This document shows, piece after piece, positions 12,172 through 24,992 of a stretch of DNA of 64,000 bases (position 1 is its first letter; each line of letters begins with the position of its first letter). Below the pieces are notes generated by a model. That model was not told the DNA's origin. It made no database searches and worked only from the letters and a program-made list of their open reading frames with translations. Origin of the DNA: Felis catus (taxonomy: Eukaryota); NCBI RefSeq assembly GCF_018350175.1, contig NC_058374.1:41850001-41914000 (forward strand). The letters run 5' to 3'. Both the position numbers and the translations under genes were made by a program.

Positions 12172-13870
12172 TGTTGATACTACCCAAAGTAATCTACATA
12201 TTCAATGCAATCCCTATCAAAATAACACCAACATTTTTCACAGAGCTAGAACAAACAATCCTAAAATTTGTACGGAATTAGAAAAGACCCCGAATAGCCA
12301 AAGCAATCCTGGAAAAGAAAACCAAAGCTGGAAGCATCACAATTCCGGACTTCAAGCTGTATTACAAAGCTATTATCATCAAGACTGTATGGTACTGGCA
12401 CAAAAACAGACACTCAGATCAATGGAACAGAATAGAGAACCCAGAAATGGACCCAGAAACGTATAGCCAACTAATCTTTGGCAAAGCATGAAAGAATATC
12501 CAATGGAAAAAAAGACAGTCTCTTCAGCAAATGGTGTTGGGAAAACTAGACAGCAACATGCAGAAGAATGGACCTGGACCACTTTCTTACACCATACACA
12601 AAAATAAACTCAAAATAGATGAAAGACCTAAACATAAGACAGGAAGCCATCAAAATCCTAGAGGAGAAAATAGGCAAAAACCTCTTTGACCTTGGCTGCA
12701 GCAACTTCTTACTTGATATGTCTCTGGGGGCAAAGGAAACAAAAGNNNNNNNNNNNNNNNNNNNNNNNNNNNNNNNNNNNNNNNNNNNNNNNNNNNNNNN
12801 NNNNNNNNNNNNNNNNNNNNNNNNNNNNNNNNNNNNNNNNNNNNNNNNNNNNNNNNNNNNNNNNNNNNNNNNNNNNNNNNNCAAAATCTATAAAGATCTT
12901 ATCAAACTCAACACCTAAAAAACAAATAATCCAGTGAAGAAATGAGCAAAAGACATAAACAGACATTTTTCCAAAAAAGACATCCAGATGGCTAACAGAC
13001 ACTTAAAAAAATGCTCNNNNNNNNNNNNNNNNNNNNNNNNNNNNNNNNNNNNNNNNNNNNNNNNNNNNNNNNNNNNNNNNNNNNNNNNNNNNNNNNNNNN
13101 NNNNNNNNNNNNNNNNNNNNNNNNNNNNNNNNNNNNNNNNNNNNNNNNNNNNNNNNNNNNNNNNNNNNNNNNNNNNNNNNNNNNNNNNNNNNNNNNAATC
13201 TGAAGATTCCTCAAAAAATTAAAAATAGAACTACGCTATGACCCGGTAATTGCACTACTAGGTATTTATTGAAAGGATGCAGGAGTGCTGTTTCGAAGGG
13301 CACATGGACCCCAATGTTTATAGCAGCGCTAATGACAATAGCCAAAGTATGGAAAGAGCCCAAATGTCCATCAACTGATGAATGGATAAAGAAGTTGTGG
13401 TATATATATACCATGGAATATTACTCAGAGATAAAAACAAAAAGAATGAAACCTTGCCATTTGCAATAATGTGGATGGAACTAGAGTGAATTATGCTAAG
13501 CAAAATAAGTTAGAGGAAGACAAATATCATATGATTTCACTCACATGTGGAATTTAAGATACAAAACAGATGAACATAAGGGAAGGGAAGTAAAAATAAT
13601 ATAAAAACAGAGAAGGAGATAAACCATAAAAGACTCTTAAATACAGAGAACAAACTGAAGGTTGCTAGTGGTGGAGTTGGGTGGACTGATGGGATAAATG
13701 GTTGAGGGGCATTAAGGAGGACAATTGTTGGGACGAGCACTGGGTGTTAGATGTAAGTGATGAATCACTAAATTCTACTCCTGAAATCATTATTATGTTA
13801 TTATGTTATGTTATTATTATGATACATTATTATGTATCATTATGTTAACTAACTTGGATTAAAAAAAAAA
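12172..13870 (+). mobile_element. 5'-truncated carnivore L1 (ORF2 C-terminal part, 3' UTR, polyA), inserted into a Can-SINE
   Basis: ORF2-like peptides (PMFIAALMTIAKVWKEPKCPSTDEWIKKLWYIYTMEYY) and an A tail. Host SINE halves at 12075-12171 and 13868-13907. Confidence 0.9.
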
Positions 13871-15049
13871 GTCTGACATTTAACTGACTGAGCCACCCAG
13901 GTGCCCCTCTAAAAAAATTTTTTTTATCAAAAATGCATGTTGATTTCATCACATGCTTTTTCTGTATTTATTGAGATGATTGTGTGATTTATTCCTTTAA
14001 GGTACTAATATGATGAATAGAATGAGTGTATTTTCTAATATTAAGCTACCCTTGAATTCTTGACATAAGTTCAAGTTAGTCTTGGTGTATTATCTTTTAG
14101 CACATTGCTGGATTCAGTTTGCTAGTGTTTTATTGAAGATTTTTGTGTCTCTGTTAATAAATGAAATTGGCCTATATAATTTTCCTTTCTAATATTGCCC
14201 CTTTCTGGTTGGTTATGAAAGCAATTCTGGTCCCATATAATGAGTTGAGGAGAGTCCTTTCTTTTCCTATTTTCTGCAAAATTTATATAAGATTAATGTG
14301 ATGTGCACTTTGGCAGTTTGGTGCTACTTGCCTGTATGATGTTGTTCTTAACTCTTTCTTTTTCTTTCACACCTCACATCTAAGCTATTTGCAAATTCTC
14401 TTTATTCGAGCTTCAAATTAAATTCCCAATCCAACTACTTCTCACCTCCACTGCTACCACCCTCATCTACCCCACAGCCATCTCTCACTTGGGTAATTAC
14501 TGTGGACTCCAGACTGGACTCATTGTTTCTGTCCATGCAGCCATCATACTAAAAAAGAAAATTTTTGAAAAGTGATCTCTACACCCAGTGTGGGGCTCGA
14601 GCTCATGACCCCGGGATCAAGAATCACACACTTCATTGACTGAGCCAGCCAGGTGCCCCACAGCCTTCCTATTTTAAATATATGGGTAAGAACCTGTTAC
14701 TCATCTGCTCAAATCTTCCACTGGCTGCTCATCTCACTCAGAGTAAGCACCAAAGTCCTTACAATGGTCCACAAGGCCTGATAAGAGCTAGTCACCTTGT
14801 TCTCTCTCTGACCTCATCCCCTAAGTCTCTCCCCTTGCTCACTCTGCTCTAACCACAGAGGCCCCCTTGATGTTCCTCAAACACATCAAGTATGTTCTCA
14901 TCTCGAGCCTTTATATTTGTAGTTGGCTCTGCCTGGAATATCGTCCCCATAGAAATCCCCAGGACTTGCTCCTTTGTCTTCTTTTAACATCTCTGCTCCA
15001 TTGTCACCTTATCAGAGAGGTCTTTTCTTACTACAATATATAAAATAGT

Positions 15050-15475
15050 GGGGCACCATCAACTCTTGATTTCGGCTCAGGTCATGATCTCATGGTCATG
15101 GGATCAAGCCCTTCGTCAGGCTCCACACTGAGTGTGGATCCTGCTTAAGATTCTGTCTCTCTCGGGGTGCCTGGGTGGCTCAGTCGGTTAAGCGTCTGAC
15201 TTCAGCTTAGGTCACCATCTCACAGTTTGTGGGTTCGAGCTCTGCATCGGGCTCTGTGCTGGCAGCTCACAGCCTGGAGCCTGCTTCAGATTCTGTGTCT
15301 CCCTCTCTCTCTGCCTTTCCCCCGCTCACACTCTGTCTCTCTCTCTCAAAAATAAATAAACATAAAAAATTAAAAAAAAAAAAGATTCTCTCTCTCTCTC
15401 CTTCTGCCCCCCCCCCCACTCACATGTGCACACTCTCTCTAAAATAAACTACAATTTAAAAATAAATAAATAAAA
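15050..15475 (+). mobile_element. Can-SINE containing a nested Can-SINE (15164-15381)
   Basis: Two heads. The inner copy is flanked by an aagattct(g/c)tctctctc duplication. Confidence 0.8.
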
Positions 15476-15959
15476 TACCAAATGTCTCCTACATTCTCCC
15501 TACCCCTCTCCTTGCTTTATTCTTCTTCATAATATTTATTACCTCCTGACCATTAATGTACATATGTATGTACTACCTGAGTCTGAACACAAGAATGTAA
15601 ATACCAAGAATGTAAATACCAAGGTATTTTATCTATATGCCTAGTAGCTAGAACAATGCCTGGCTATATGAGGTGCTCAATGTATAACCTTTTGGATCAA
15701 CGATGAATATATTATTATGTGTCTGACTCCTTGGTGTCAGCCAGCTTCTCTAGCTTTATTTCAGTGCATTTTGTTTTTCATCCTTAACATTAAAAACAGA
15801 GCACAGCCCCTCCCCCCATTGACCTTGTACATAACTGTCAGTAACAAGTGAATGCATGGTTACTTTGTAGGCTTTGCTTAAATTTCATTAGCTCCCATTT
15901 TCTTGTTGGAGATCTTTATTTTTCTGCCCTTATCCTCTTTCCTCATCTCTATTCCTTTG

Positions 15960-16399
15960 TTTTCTTTTTTTTTTAAGATTAAAAAAAATGTTTATTTATT
16001 TTTGAGACAGAGAGAGATGAGGAGAGGGGCAGAGAGAGAGGGAGACAGAGGATCCAGAGCAGGCTCCATGCTGACAGCAGAGAGCCCAATGTGGGGCTTG
16101 AACCCACAAACCACGAGCTCATGACCTGAGTCAAAGTCAGATACTTAACTGAGTCACCCAGGCGCCCANNNNNNNNNNNNNNNNNNNNNNNNNNNNNNNN
16201 NNNNNNNNNNNNNNNNNNNNNNNNNNNNNNNNNNNNNNNNNNNNNNNNNNNNNNNNNNNNNNNNNNNNNNNNNNNNNNNNNNNNNNNNNNNNNNNNNNNN
16301 NNNNNNNNNNNNNNNNNNNNNNACCCAACATAGGGCTCAAACTCACAACCCTGAGATCAAGAGTCACAGGCTCCACTAGCTAAGCCAGCCAGGCAACCC
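15960..16399 (-). mobile_element. Two Can-SINEs separated by an N gap
   Basis: SINE bodies end ggcgccca (16168) and ggcaaccc (16399). Confidence 0.75.
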
Positions 16400-17464
16400 T
16401 TCTTCTTCTCTTTCTTAACACAGTGTCAAAATCAGACAAACTTGCATTTGGATCTCAGCTAATTATACTGACCTTCAATAAATTATTTAACTTCTGTGAC
16501 CCTCAGTGTCCCCACAGGTTAACTAAGATATTGATATGCACCTCAAAGGGTTGTTGTAAAGATTGAATAACAACAGCAACAACACCCTACAGCTAACATC
16601 ATACTTAGTGGTAAGAAACTAGAGGCTTTCTCATTAAGATCAAGTACAAGGCAAGGAAGTCCCTTCTCGCCACTCCTCTTCAACATTGCACTGGAAATCC
16701 TTGCTAATGTAATAAGGAAATAAATAAATAAATAAATATTTTAAAAAATATAAAAGGTATACGGATTGGGAACAAAAACATAAAACTGTCTTTGTTTACA
16801 GAGGACATAATCATTTATGTAGGAAAACTGAAAAAATTGATTTAAAAAATTCTCCTAAAAAAACCCCAAAACTCTCTTGGAACTAATAAGCAAGTATAGC
16901 AAGTTTTGGGGTCCCTGGCTGGCTCAGTGGGTGGAGTGTGTGGTTCTTGATCTCAGGGATGTAAGTTCGAGCCCAAGTTGGGTGTAGAGATTACTTAAAA
17001 ATAAAATAAAATCTTAAAAACAAACAAATAAACAAAAGAAAAACAGAAGTCAATTGCTTTCCTATATACCAACAATGAACCAGTGGAATTTGTAATTTAA
17101 AACAACAACATTCACATTAGCACGCCCACAAGTGAAATACTTAGGTGTACATCTAACAAAATGTACATAAGATCTATCTGAGAAAAACTATAAAACTCTG
17201 ATGAACAAAACCAAAGAAGAATTAAATAAATCGAAAGATATTCCATCTTTATGGATATGAAGAATCAGTATTATCAAAATATCAGTTCTTCTCATCTTGA
17301 CCTATAGAGTCAATGCAATCCCAATCCCAGAAAGTTATCTTAAGGATATTAACAAACTGAGGCAAAAGGCCCAGAATAGCCTATACAATACTGAAGGGGA
17401 AAAACAAAGTTAGGAAACTGAAACTATCTGATTTCAGGGCTTACTATAAAACTATGGTAATCAA

Positions 17465-17660
17465 GGGGTACCTGGATGGCTCAGTTGGTTAAGTATCGAC
17501 TTCAGCCCAGGTCACGATCTCGTGGTTTGTGGGATCACACCCTGCATTGAGCTCTGTGCTGACAGCTCGGAACCCGGAGCCTACTTTGGATTGTGTGTTT
17601 CCCTCTCTCTGCCCTTCTCAAGCTCTATCTCTCTCTCAAAAATAAATAAACATTAAAAAA
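17465..17660 (+). mobile_element. Can-SINE inside L1
   Basis: Head ggggtacctggatggctcag, (CT)n tract and A tail. Confidence 0.8.
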
Positions 17661-18389
17661 ATTTAAAGCTATAATAATCAAGACAGTGTAGTATTGGTGA
17701 AAAAATAGACAAATAGATCACTGTACCAGAATAGAGAGCCCAGAAATAGACCTCTATAAATATAGTCAAGTAACCCTTGACAAAAAAAGCAGAAGCAATA
17801 CAATGGATCAAAGATAATCTCTTCACTTTTGGTGACTGTGAAGATGGGGAGATCCTGGCCTGGCCAAGAATGTTGGATCTCATTGTACTCCTAACTCTTC
17901 GACCTTTGTCTGAAGTCCCTCAATAAAATGGTTTGATCCTCNNNNNNNNNNNNNNNNNNNNNNNNNNNNNNNNNNNNNNNNNNNNNNNNNNNNNNNNNNN
18001 NNNNNNNNNNNNNNNNNNNNNNNNNNNNNNNNNNNNNNNNNNNNNNNNNNNNNNNNNNNNNNNNNNNNNNNNNNNNNNNNNNNNNNNNNNNNNNNNNNNN
18101 NNNNNNNNNNNNNNNNNNNNNNNNNNNNNNNNNNNNNNNNNNNNNNNNNNNNNNNNNNNNNNNNCTTGAGTATGTTAATGCCTTTTTAGATACAACACCA
18201 ATGACACAATCCATGAAAGAAATAATTATAAGCTGGACTTAATTAATATAAAAAAACTTCTGTTCTGCAATAGACCAACTAGAGAAGAGAATTAGAAGAC
18301 AAGCCACAGACTGGTAGATAATATTTGCAAAAGACACAGCTGATAAAGGATTGGTAGCCAAAATATACAAAAAGCTCAACAAACAAGAG

Positions 18390-18810
18390 GGGGAGCCCTG
18401 GGTGGCTCAGTTAAGCGCTCGACTCTTGGTTTCAGCTCAGGTCAGGATCTTATAGTTCGTAAGTTTGAGCCCTGTGTCAGGCTCTGTGTTGTCAGTGAGG
18501 AGCCTGCTTGGGATTCTCTCTGTCTCCTTCTCTCTGAACCACCTCCCTCTTTCTCAAAATAAATAAATAAACTTAAAAAAAAAAAACCTCAATTGGGGCC
18601 CCTGGGTGGCTCAGTTGGTTAAACGTCTGACTTTGGCTCAGGTCATGATCTCGCCGTTCATGAGTTCAAGCCCCATGTTGGTCTCTGTGCTGACAGCTCG
18701 GGGCCCAGATCCTGCTTAGGATTCTGTGTCTCCTTCTCTCTATGCCGCTCCCCCGCTTGTGCTCTGTCTCTCTCTCAAAAGTAAATAAACGTTAAAAAAA
18801 ATTAAAAACA
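18390..18810 (+). mobile_element. Two tandem Can-SINEs inside L1
   Basis: Heads at about 18390 and 18595, each with a (CT)n tract and aataaa tail. Confidence 0.8.
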
Positions 18811-19859
18811 AACAAAAAACCCCAAAAAACTCAATGAACAAGAAAACAAACAACCCAATTAAAAAATGGGCCAAAGACCTTAACCGATACTCTATTAAAG
18901 ACATCCAGAAGGCAAGTAAGTATATGAAAGGATATTCCACATCATATGTCATCAGGGAAATGCAAATTAAAACAACAAGATACCACTACACATCTAGTAG
19001 AAGGGCCAAAATCTGGAACACTGACAATACTAAAGTTTGGCCAGCATGTGGAGCAAAAGAAACTTTCATGCATTGCTGATGAGTACAGCCATTTTGGAAG
19101 ACAGTTTCTTCCAAACCAAAGTGGTTTCTTACAAAACTAAATATACTCTTACCATATGATCAAGTGATCATGCTCCTTGATGTTTACTCAAAGGAACAAA
19201 GNNNNNNNNNNNNNNNNNNNNNNNNNNNNNNNNNNNNNNNNNNNNNNNNNNNNNNNNNNNNNNNNNNNNNNNNNNNNNNNNNNNNNNNNNNNNNNNNNNN
19301 NNNNNNNNNNNNNNNNNNNNNNNNNNNNNNNNNNNNNNNNNNNNNNNNNNNNNNNNNNNNNNNNNNNNNNNNNNNNNNNNNNNNNNNNNNNNNNNNNNNN
19401 AAGCCAATATGAGAAGGCCACATATGGTATGGTATGTTTTCCAATCTATGACATTCCGGAAAAGGCAAAACTGTGGAGACAATGAAAAAAGATCAGTAGT
19501 TGCCAGGGGTCCAGGGTGGGGAGAGATGAACAGGTAGGGCACAGAGAATTTTTCAGGCAGTGAAAATACTCTGTATGATATTATAATTATGGATATATGT
19601 CATTATTCATTATCCAAATCTACTGAATGTACACCACCAAGACTGAACCCTTAGATAAGCTGTGGACTTTGGATGATTATGATGTGGTCAATATAGATTC
19701 ATCCTTGGTAAAAAAAAAAAAAAATGTACCATTTTGGTGAGTAATGTTGTTAATGGGGAGGTTAGGCATATGTGGGATCAGGACTTATTATGAGGAATCT
19801 TTGTACTTTACTCTCAATTTTATTGTAAACCTAAAGCTAAAAATAAAGTGTTAAAATTT

Positions 19860-20472
19860 TTTAAAAAATTATTTTAAGTAGGCTCCATACCAACATGGGG
19901 TTTGAACTCACAATCCTGACATCAAGAGTCACACGCTCTACTAACTGAACCAGCCAGGTGCCCCTAAAAAATAAAGTCTTGGAGTGACTGGGTGGCTCAA
20001 TTGGTTGAGTGTCCAACTGTTGATTTTGGCTGTGGTTATGATCCCAGGGTTGTGGGATAGAGTCCTATGTCAGGTTCTGTGCTGGACCCTGCTTGGGATT
20101 CTCTCTCTCTCTCTGGCCCTCTCCCCCACTCTCTAAAATTAAAAAAATAAAAAAGTCTGAAAGTTGAACAAATAAGTAAAGACATGGCACATAATAGAAC
20201 ATATGTGGACTCTTGTTCTTTCCTCATATTTTTCTTTTTCCTTCCCTCTTTAAACAATTTTTTAGTGGCTTATTTACTTATTTTTTGGGACAGAGACAGA
20301 CAGAGTGTGAGTGGGGTAGGGGCAGAGAGAGAGGGAGACACAGAATTCAAAGCAGGCTCTAGGCTCTGAGCTGTCAGCACAGAGCCCAATGCAGGTCTTG
20401 AACTTATGAACCATAAGATCATGACTTGAGCCGAAATCACATGCTTAACCGACTGAGCCACCTAGGTGCCCC
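19860..20472. mobile_element. Cluster of three Can-SINEs (-, +, -)
   Basis: Bodies at about 19860-19964, 19981-20155 and 20258-20472. Confidence 0.75.
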
Positions 20473-21099
20473 TTTCCTTTCCTCTTTAAATTGGTAAGAT
20501 TGGACTCCTTAATTCTTTGGTTCTTTCAAACTTTGGATATTTTGGTATGCTTTTGATTCCTTTTCCTCACTTTTGTGTCATCTCTTCCCTTATTTTCTTC
20601 TTCTCTTTCTCCTCTGCCTCTTCCTCCTCCTTTTTTGATCCTTTCTCCCTCCCTGCCCCTCATCTCCTTACTCTGGTTCTGCTTCTCATTTGCTATCGTA
20701 AACTAAGCCACGTGGACCATAAACTTTGAGTTTGAAGTCCCTTCAGCTCCAGCAGTCTAACAGTCCTGTGATACTCCCTTCATTTATGTTCTCTTCGCCC
20801 CCCCCCCCCCCCGCCCCACTTCTCATTTCATTGCTTATAAATTGCTTAACTTCCCTGGGCCTCAGCTTTTCCATCTGGAAAATTGAAACAATAATAGATT
20901 GTTATCAATATCAAATGAATTAAGTAAAGCTCTTAGTTCAGAGCCTAACACAAAGGCCTCCGAGATGTCATTAACTTTGTTCTCATTTGACCTTCTGCAA
21001 GCAAGCCTGGTATGAAATTTAAACACTATAGAAATGTTAGTTGTTTATTATTTTCCCTAAAGTATCATGGTGACATGGAAGAATGGTCTCAGGCTTGAA

Positions 21100-21360
21100 G
21101 AAACCCGAGTTTCAGGCAAATCTCTAAATTCTTATGAGCCTCAGTTTCCTTATCTGTAAAATGAGAATAATAACAGATGCCTTCCTTCCACCGAGAGGTA
21201 TTTCCTCTCTGAAGAATTAAAAGATGTAATGCACAGCAAAGCATCACTCTACCATGATAAACGGTGTCCTGGAGTCACACTAGGGATGCGGTATGAGGAT
21301 TCAATGAGATAAGATGCCTGACCAACAGTAAGCACTCAATACACGTTATCTATTATTACT
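21100..21360 (+). mobile_element. MIR fragment(s)
   Basis: MIR core gcctcagtttccttatctgtaaaatgagaataataac. Confidence 0.65.
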
Positions 21361-21699
21361 TCCTTTACTTTTTCCACTTCTTTCCTCTTGCTTCTCAAAA
21401 AAAAAAAAAAAAAAGTGGTTAAAATAGCCAGGTGATCCTTGCTGCTAAACTTCTATCATTGATTCTTGTCTCCTTCCTATCTCCTCCTCATTTCTCTTTC
21501 CCGCAACCCCTCCCCCTTTCCCTTCTCCCTCTCTCTTTCCCGTTACAGCTTTCCTGTCCCTCAGACACAGTGTGCCGCCCCGGATCTCCAGATTTCAGGC
21601 AGCTTAGATCTGACACATAGCCACCCAGTACCTGCTGGAGACCAGGGGTTCCCTCTACATTTAGCGTCTGGCGCTCGCTCAACAATAAAGTTTTATTGA

Positions 21700-22130
21700 A
21701 ACAGGACAGGAAAAAAGGCGCCCGTCACTCTCCTCAACAGCCAATCAGAGAGTAGAATGACTGGCGCTCGCAGGAGCTTCAGCCGGCGGAAGGCAGGGGA
21801 GGGGCATGTCCCGCCCCAAACCGGTCTCTTAAGAGCGGAAGTACGACCCGGAAGCCAGCCATAGAGTTTGGTGGCCAGAGCGACTCTGCAGGGAGGTGGC
21901 AGGAAAGGCTCAGAACAGCTGCCGGAGGTGACGGAGCAGCGGCCCCGCCCGGTGTGCTGGAAGACGAAGCTTCCAGGTAGCGGCCGGCCCGCAGAGTCTG
22001 ACCCAGGGTACGACTGGGCAGTCGGCGTGAGCCTACGGTCCCTGGGCGGCCTCTTTAAGGGAGGGGGCGGAGCCACGCGGAAGGATCCTGAGGGTGAGGT
22101 CACGTGGTTGGGGGCACTTGCGGGGCACCA
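21700..22130 (+). promoter_or_regulatory. COPS7A CpG-island promoter (CCAAT 21741-21745, GC box, ETS sites CGGAAGT 21836-21842 and CCGGAAG 21848-21854)
   Basis: Motifs read directly; CpG-rich region upstream of the first coding exon. Confidence 0.8.
21860..21976 (+). other. COPS7A: COPS7A non-coding exon 1 (5' end approximate)
   Basis: Donor CAG|GTAGCG at 21976/21977, downstream of the promoter motifs. Confidence 0.6.
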
Positions 22131-22502
22131 AGGAAATTTGAGGGACTGTTATTGGGGTGTACAACATGTGACGCCCCTTCCCCCACTACATCCTGTGCCT
22201 AGGGGTTCAATGGGGTGCACGTGGTGGGGCTTGGGATTGGCCCAGGGATGGGGGAGGGGGCGTGGCAACCCTGTCTCAGTCAGGTTTCCATCAAAGTGGC
22301 CAATTGTAGGATTCCTAGATCCGAGTTTTAAACTACTCCACCTCTGTTTCCTCATTTGCAGAAGTGACTCAGTGCGTCTGCAATCCAGCCCCTGACCCCA
22401 GTGCTTCTCGTCCTCCCAGTGTTCAGGGACCTCCAGCTTCACATCCTCTTTCCTTGCAGCTCCAGATATCCTGAGCCCAGGTCCCCCCAGCTCAGTGCAG
22501 CC

Positions 22503-22664
22503 ATGAGTGCCGAGGTGAAGGTGACAGGGCAGAACCAGGAGCAATTTCTGCTCCTGGCCAAGTCAGCCAAGGGGGCAGCGCTGGCCACACTCATCCACCA
22601 GGTGCTGGAGGCTCCTGGTGTCTACGTGTTTGGGGAACTGCTGGATATGCCTAATGTTAGAGAG
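22503..22664 (+). CDS. COPS7A: COP9 signalosome subunit 7a, first coding exon
   Basis: Kozak gcc[57 protein letters not shown], then donor GTGGGT. Confidence 0.97.
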
Positions 22665-24368
22665 GTGGGTTCCTGACCTGGATAGCCCACAGGGAGGCTT
22701 GGGTCTAAGTTTGAATTTGAGAATGGGTGGGCAGGACTCACTGGCAACCCCATAACCATTCAGTTGAATTAGAATATGATGATGATTAGTTAGCAGCTGG
22801 CATAAATAAGTAGGCAGGTAAACCTCTTAGTTCCCTTTGGTGATGAGTGATCTGTAAAACCCAGTATTTTTCATTTTTAAGCAAAAGAACATGTGGTTCA
22901 GAAAAGGAGACCTGATTCCAGCCTGTCTCCACCAATGTAGTAGCCCTTAATAAAATCATGTCACCTTGATCAGGTCATTTTTACTTTAGGACCTCAGTTT
23001 TCTCTTTTAAAATTGGAGCGGACACTGCCCTTCACTGTTAATTATAGAAATCAGGTGAGATGGGAAGTATAAAGTCCAGTACAAATGGAAGGAACGAACG
23101 TGAAACTGACATGCCCTCCTCTCCCCACTTTGTCCCCTTTGCTAATTCACTTAAGTGAGGTAAATGTCTAGAAGTGTTAGAAGGTGTCTTTTCCCCAGAG
23201 ATGTGTGGCAAGATGCTAGGAACAGAGCAGAGAGAACTATTCACACAGAAGAGGCAGGGTTAAGAGTTAAAGTCTAGAGTGGGTGGATCACAAAGATGTT
23301 TGACATTAGCCCAAGTCCTGAGATGCTATGGCATTGGTATATGGGCAAACTGTGTTAAGTTTTTGAGGGCCAGTGATTGACTGAGTCAATGGATTTAACC
23401 TTTTGGGACCACTCTGGTATGGAGAAAACTGCCTTTCTCTTCTCCCTGCTTTCCTAGGCCGTGGAACTAAAGAGGGTCCATTAAGGTGAAGAAAAAGAAG
23501 TATTTATTGGGTGTTTGTTTATCTCTCTGCTAGTCATCTGGGAATACCAGAGAAATACAAGACACAGTGCAGACACAGTGCTTATTACTCTTCTAAAACT
23601 TATATTCCAGTTGCAGAGATAAGATAAATGGATATAGATGTGTAAATTGTTTATTTAGCAAGTATTTATTGAGAGCCAAACACGCGCATAGCTCTTCTGG
23701 AACTAAGTGGGATACCAGGGACTAGTAAGGGACCTCAGCGGGATACCAGGGACTGGTACTCTTACTGAAAAGAAGGATACTCTTAGGTAACAGCCTAAAT
23801 TAAGTGCCAGTATGAGTGATCAGTGATAGGAGAGGAGATCTGGGTGCGCTGACCTGGGTGATGAAAGCCTCCTGGGTGCAGCAGGTCTGACACAGAGGCC
23901 ACAAATTCCAGCACCTGCTGAGGCCATGCAGCTGTCGGAGATGAGTAAGGCTAATGCAGGAGTGTTGGGTGAATTAGGAAGGACAGCAGACTGCCTAAAG
24001 GATATTCAGATTCAGAAATATGAAACACACCCTAAGGACCAGAACACTGTGTGTGTGTGTACATGTACATGCATGTGCACGTGCTGCTGAACACTTGTTT
24101 TCAATTCAGAATTTAGGGTAGGAATTGAAGATGTATGGAGGAAGAGGGCCTGGTGAATTGGGAGAATAGTGTAAACAAAGGCCGTGAGGTAGAAATAAGG
24201 CCTTCCCATAGGGAGAGTGATCAGAGAGGCAGAGAGGTCCTCTCGGTGAGCTGGGAGAGATGATGGGTGAGGGGCCAGATGGGGCCAGAAAGTGGAATTC
24301 AAAACAGGGTAAGGCTGGGAGGCTGAGGAGAGGCCCATCCTGTCACATCTTCCTTCCTATTCCTGCAG

Positions 24369-24444
24369 CTGGCTGAGAGTGACTTCGCTTCCACATTCCG
24401 GCTGCTCACAGTGTTTGCTTATGGGACATATGCTGATTACTTAG
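24369..24444 (+). CDS. COPS7A: COPS7A coding exon 2
   Basis: AG/GT boundaries; [25 protein letters not shown]. Confidence 0.96.
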
Positions 24445-24502
24445 GTAACTGGAGAGCTAGAGCTCTGGCGTCGTGGAGGTGGGAGAAGGGCAATTTCTCT
24501 CT

Positions 24503-24716
24503 CTTTTTTTTTAATGTTTATTTATTTTTGAGACCACGCACAAGCATCCTTGTGAGAGTGGGGGACGGGCAGAGAGAGAAAGAGACAGAGACAGAGCATC
24601 CAAGCAAGCTCTGAGCTGTCAGCGCGGAGCCCAGTGTGGGGCCTGAATTCACAAACTGAGGTCACGACCTGAGCTGAAGTCGGATGCTTAATTGACTGAG
24701 CCACCCAGGTGCCCCC
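24503..24716 (-). mobile_element. Intronic Can-SINE
   Basis: Perfect 15-bp TSD agaagggcaatttct at 24484-24498 and 24717-24731. Confidence 0.88.
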
Positions 24717-24903
24717 AGAAGGGCAATTTCTGAAAGAACTTAGAAGGAATTGCTGGGATACCCTCCTGGGGTACATAGGTCAGGGTTAAGACTTGAATTG
24801 GCATGGAAAACTTTAAAAAAAAAAAAAAAAAGGCAAAGGAAGAGGCTAGGGCTTCCCACAAAAGCGTAATCCGAACTTCCTACACTTTCTCCTTTTTTTG
24901 TAG

Positions 24904-24992
24904 CTGAAGCCCGGAATCTTCCCCCACTCACAGAGGCTCAGAAGAATAAGCTTCGACACCTATCAGTTGTCACCCTGGCTGCCAAAGTCAAG
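24904..24992 (+). CDS. COPS7A: COPS7A coding exon 3
   Basis: AG/GTGAGT boundaries; (A)[29 protein letters not shown]. Confidence 0.96.

Larger units (their letters stand above)
16575..19860 (+). mobile_element. Old L1 (ORF2 3' half and 3' UTR) with several SINE insertions
   Basis: L1 motifs acagctaacatcatactta, acaaggcaagga, gggaaatgcaaattaaaacaac, followed by an L1M-type 3' UTR. Confidence 0.8.

Noticed and set aside
12167-13503. ORFs resembling reverse-transcriptase C-terminal segments
   Set aside because: Broken L1 ORF2 in a 5'-truncated copy, not a host gene.
23560-23758. Short direct repeats (agacacagtgc x2; gggataccagggact x2); similarly caagaatgtaaatac x2 near 15590
   Set aside because: Isolated two-copy microduplications with no array or spacer structure. 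Not CRISPR-like, and the DNA is eukaryotic.
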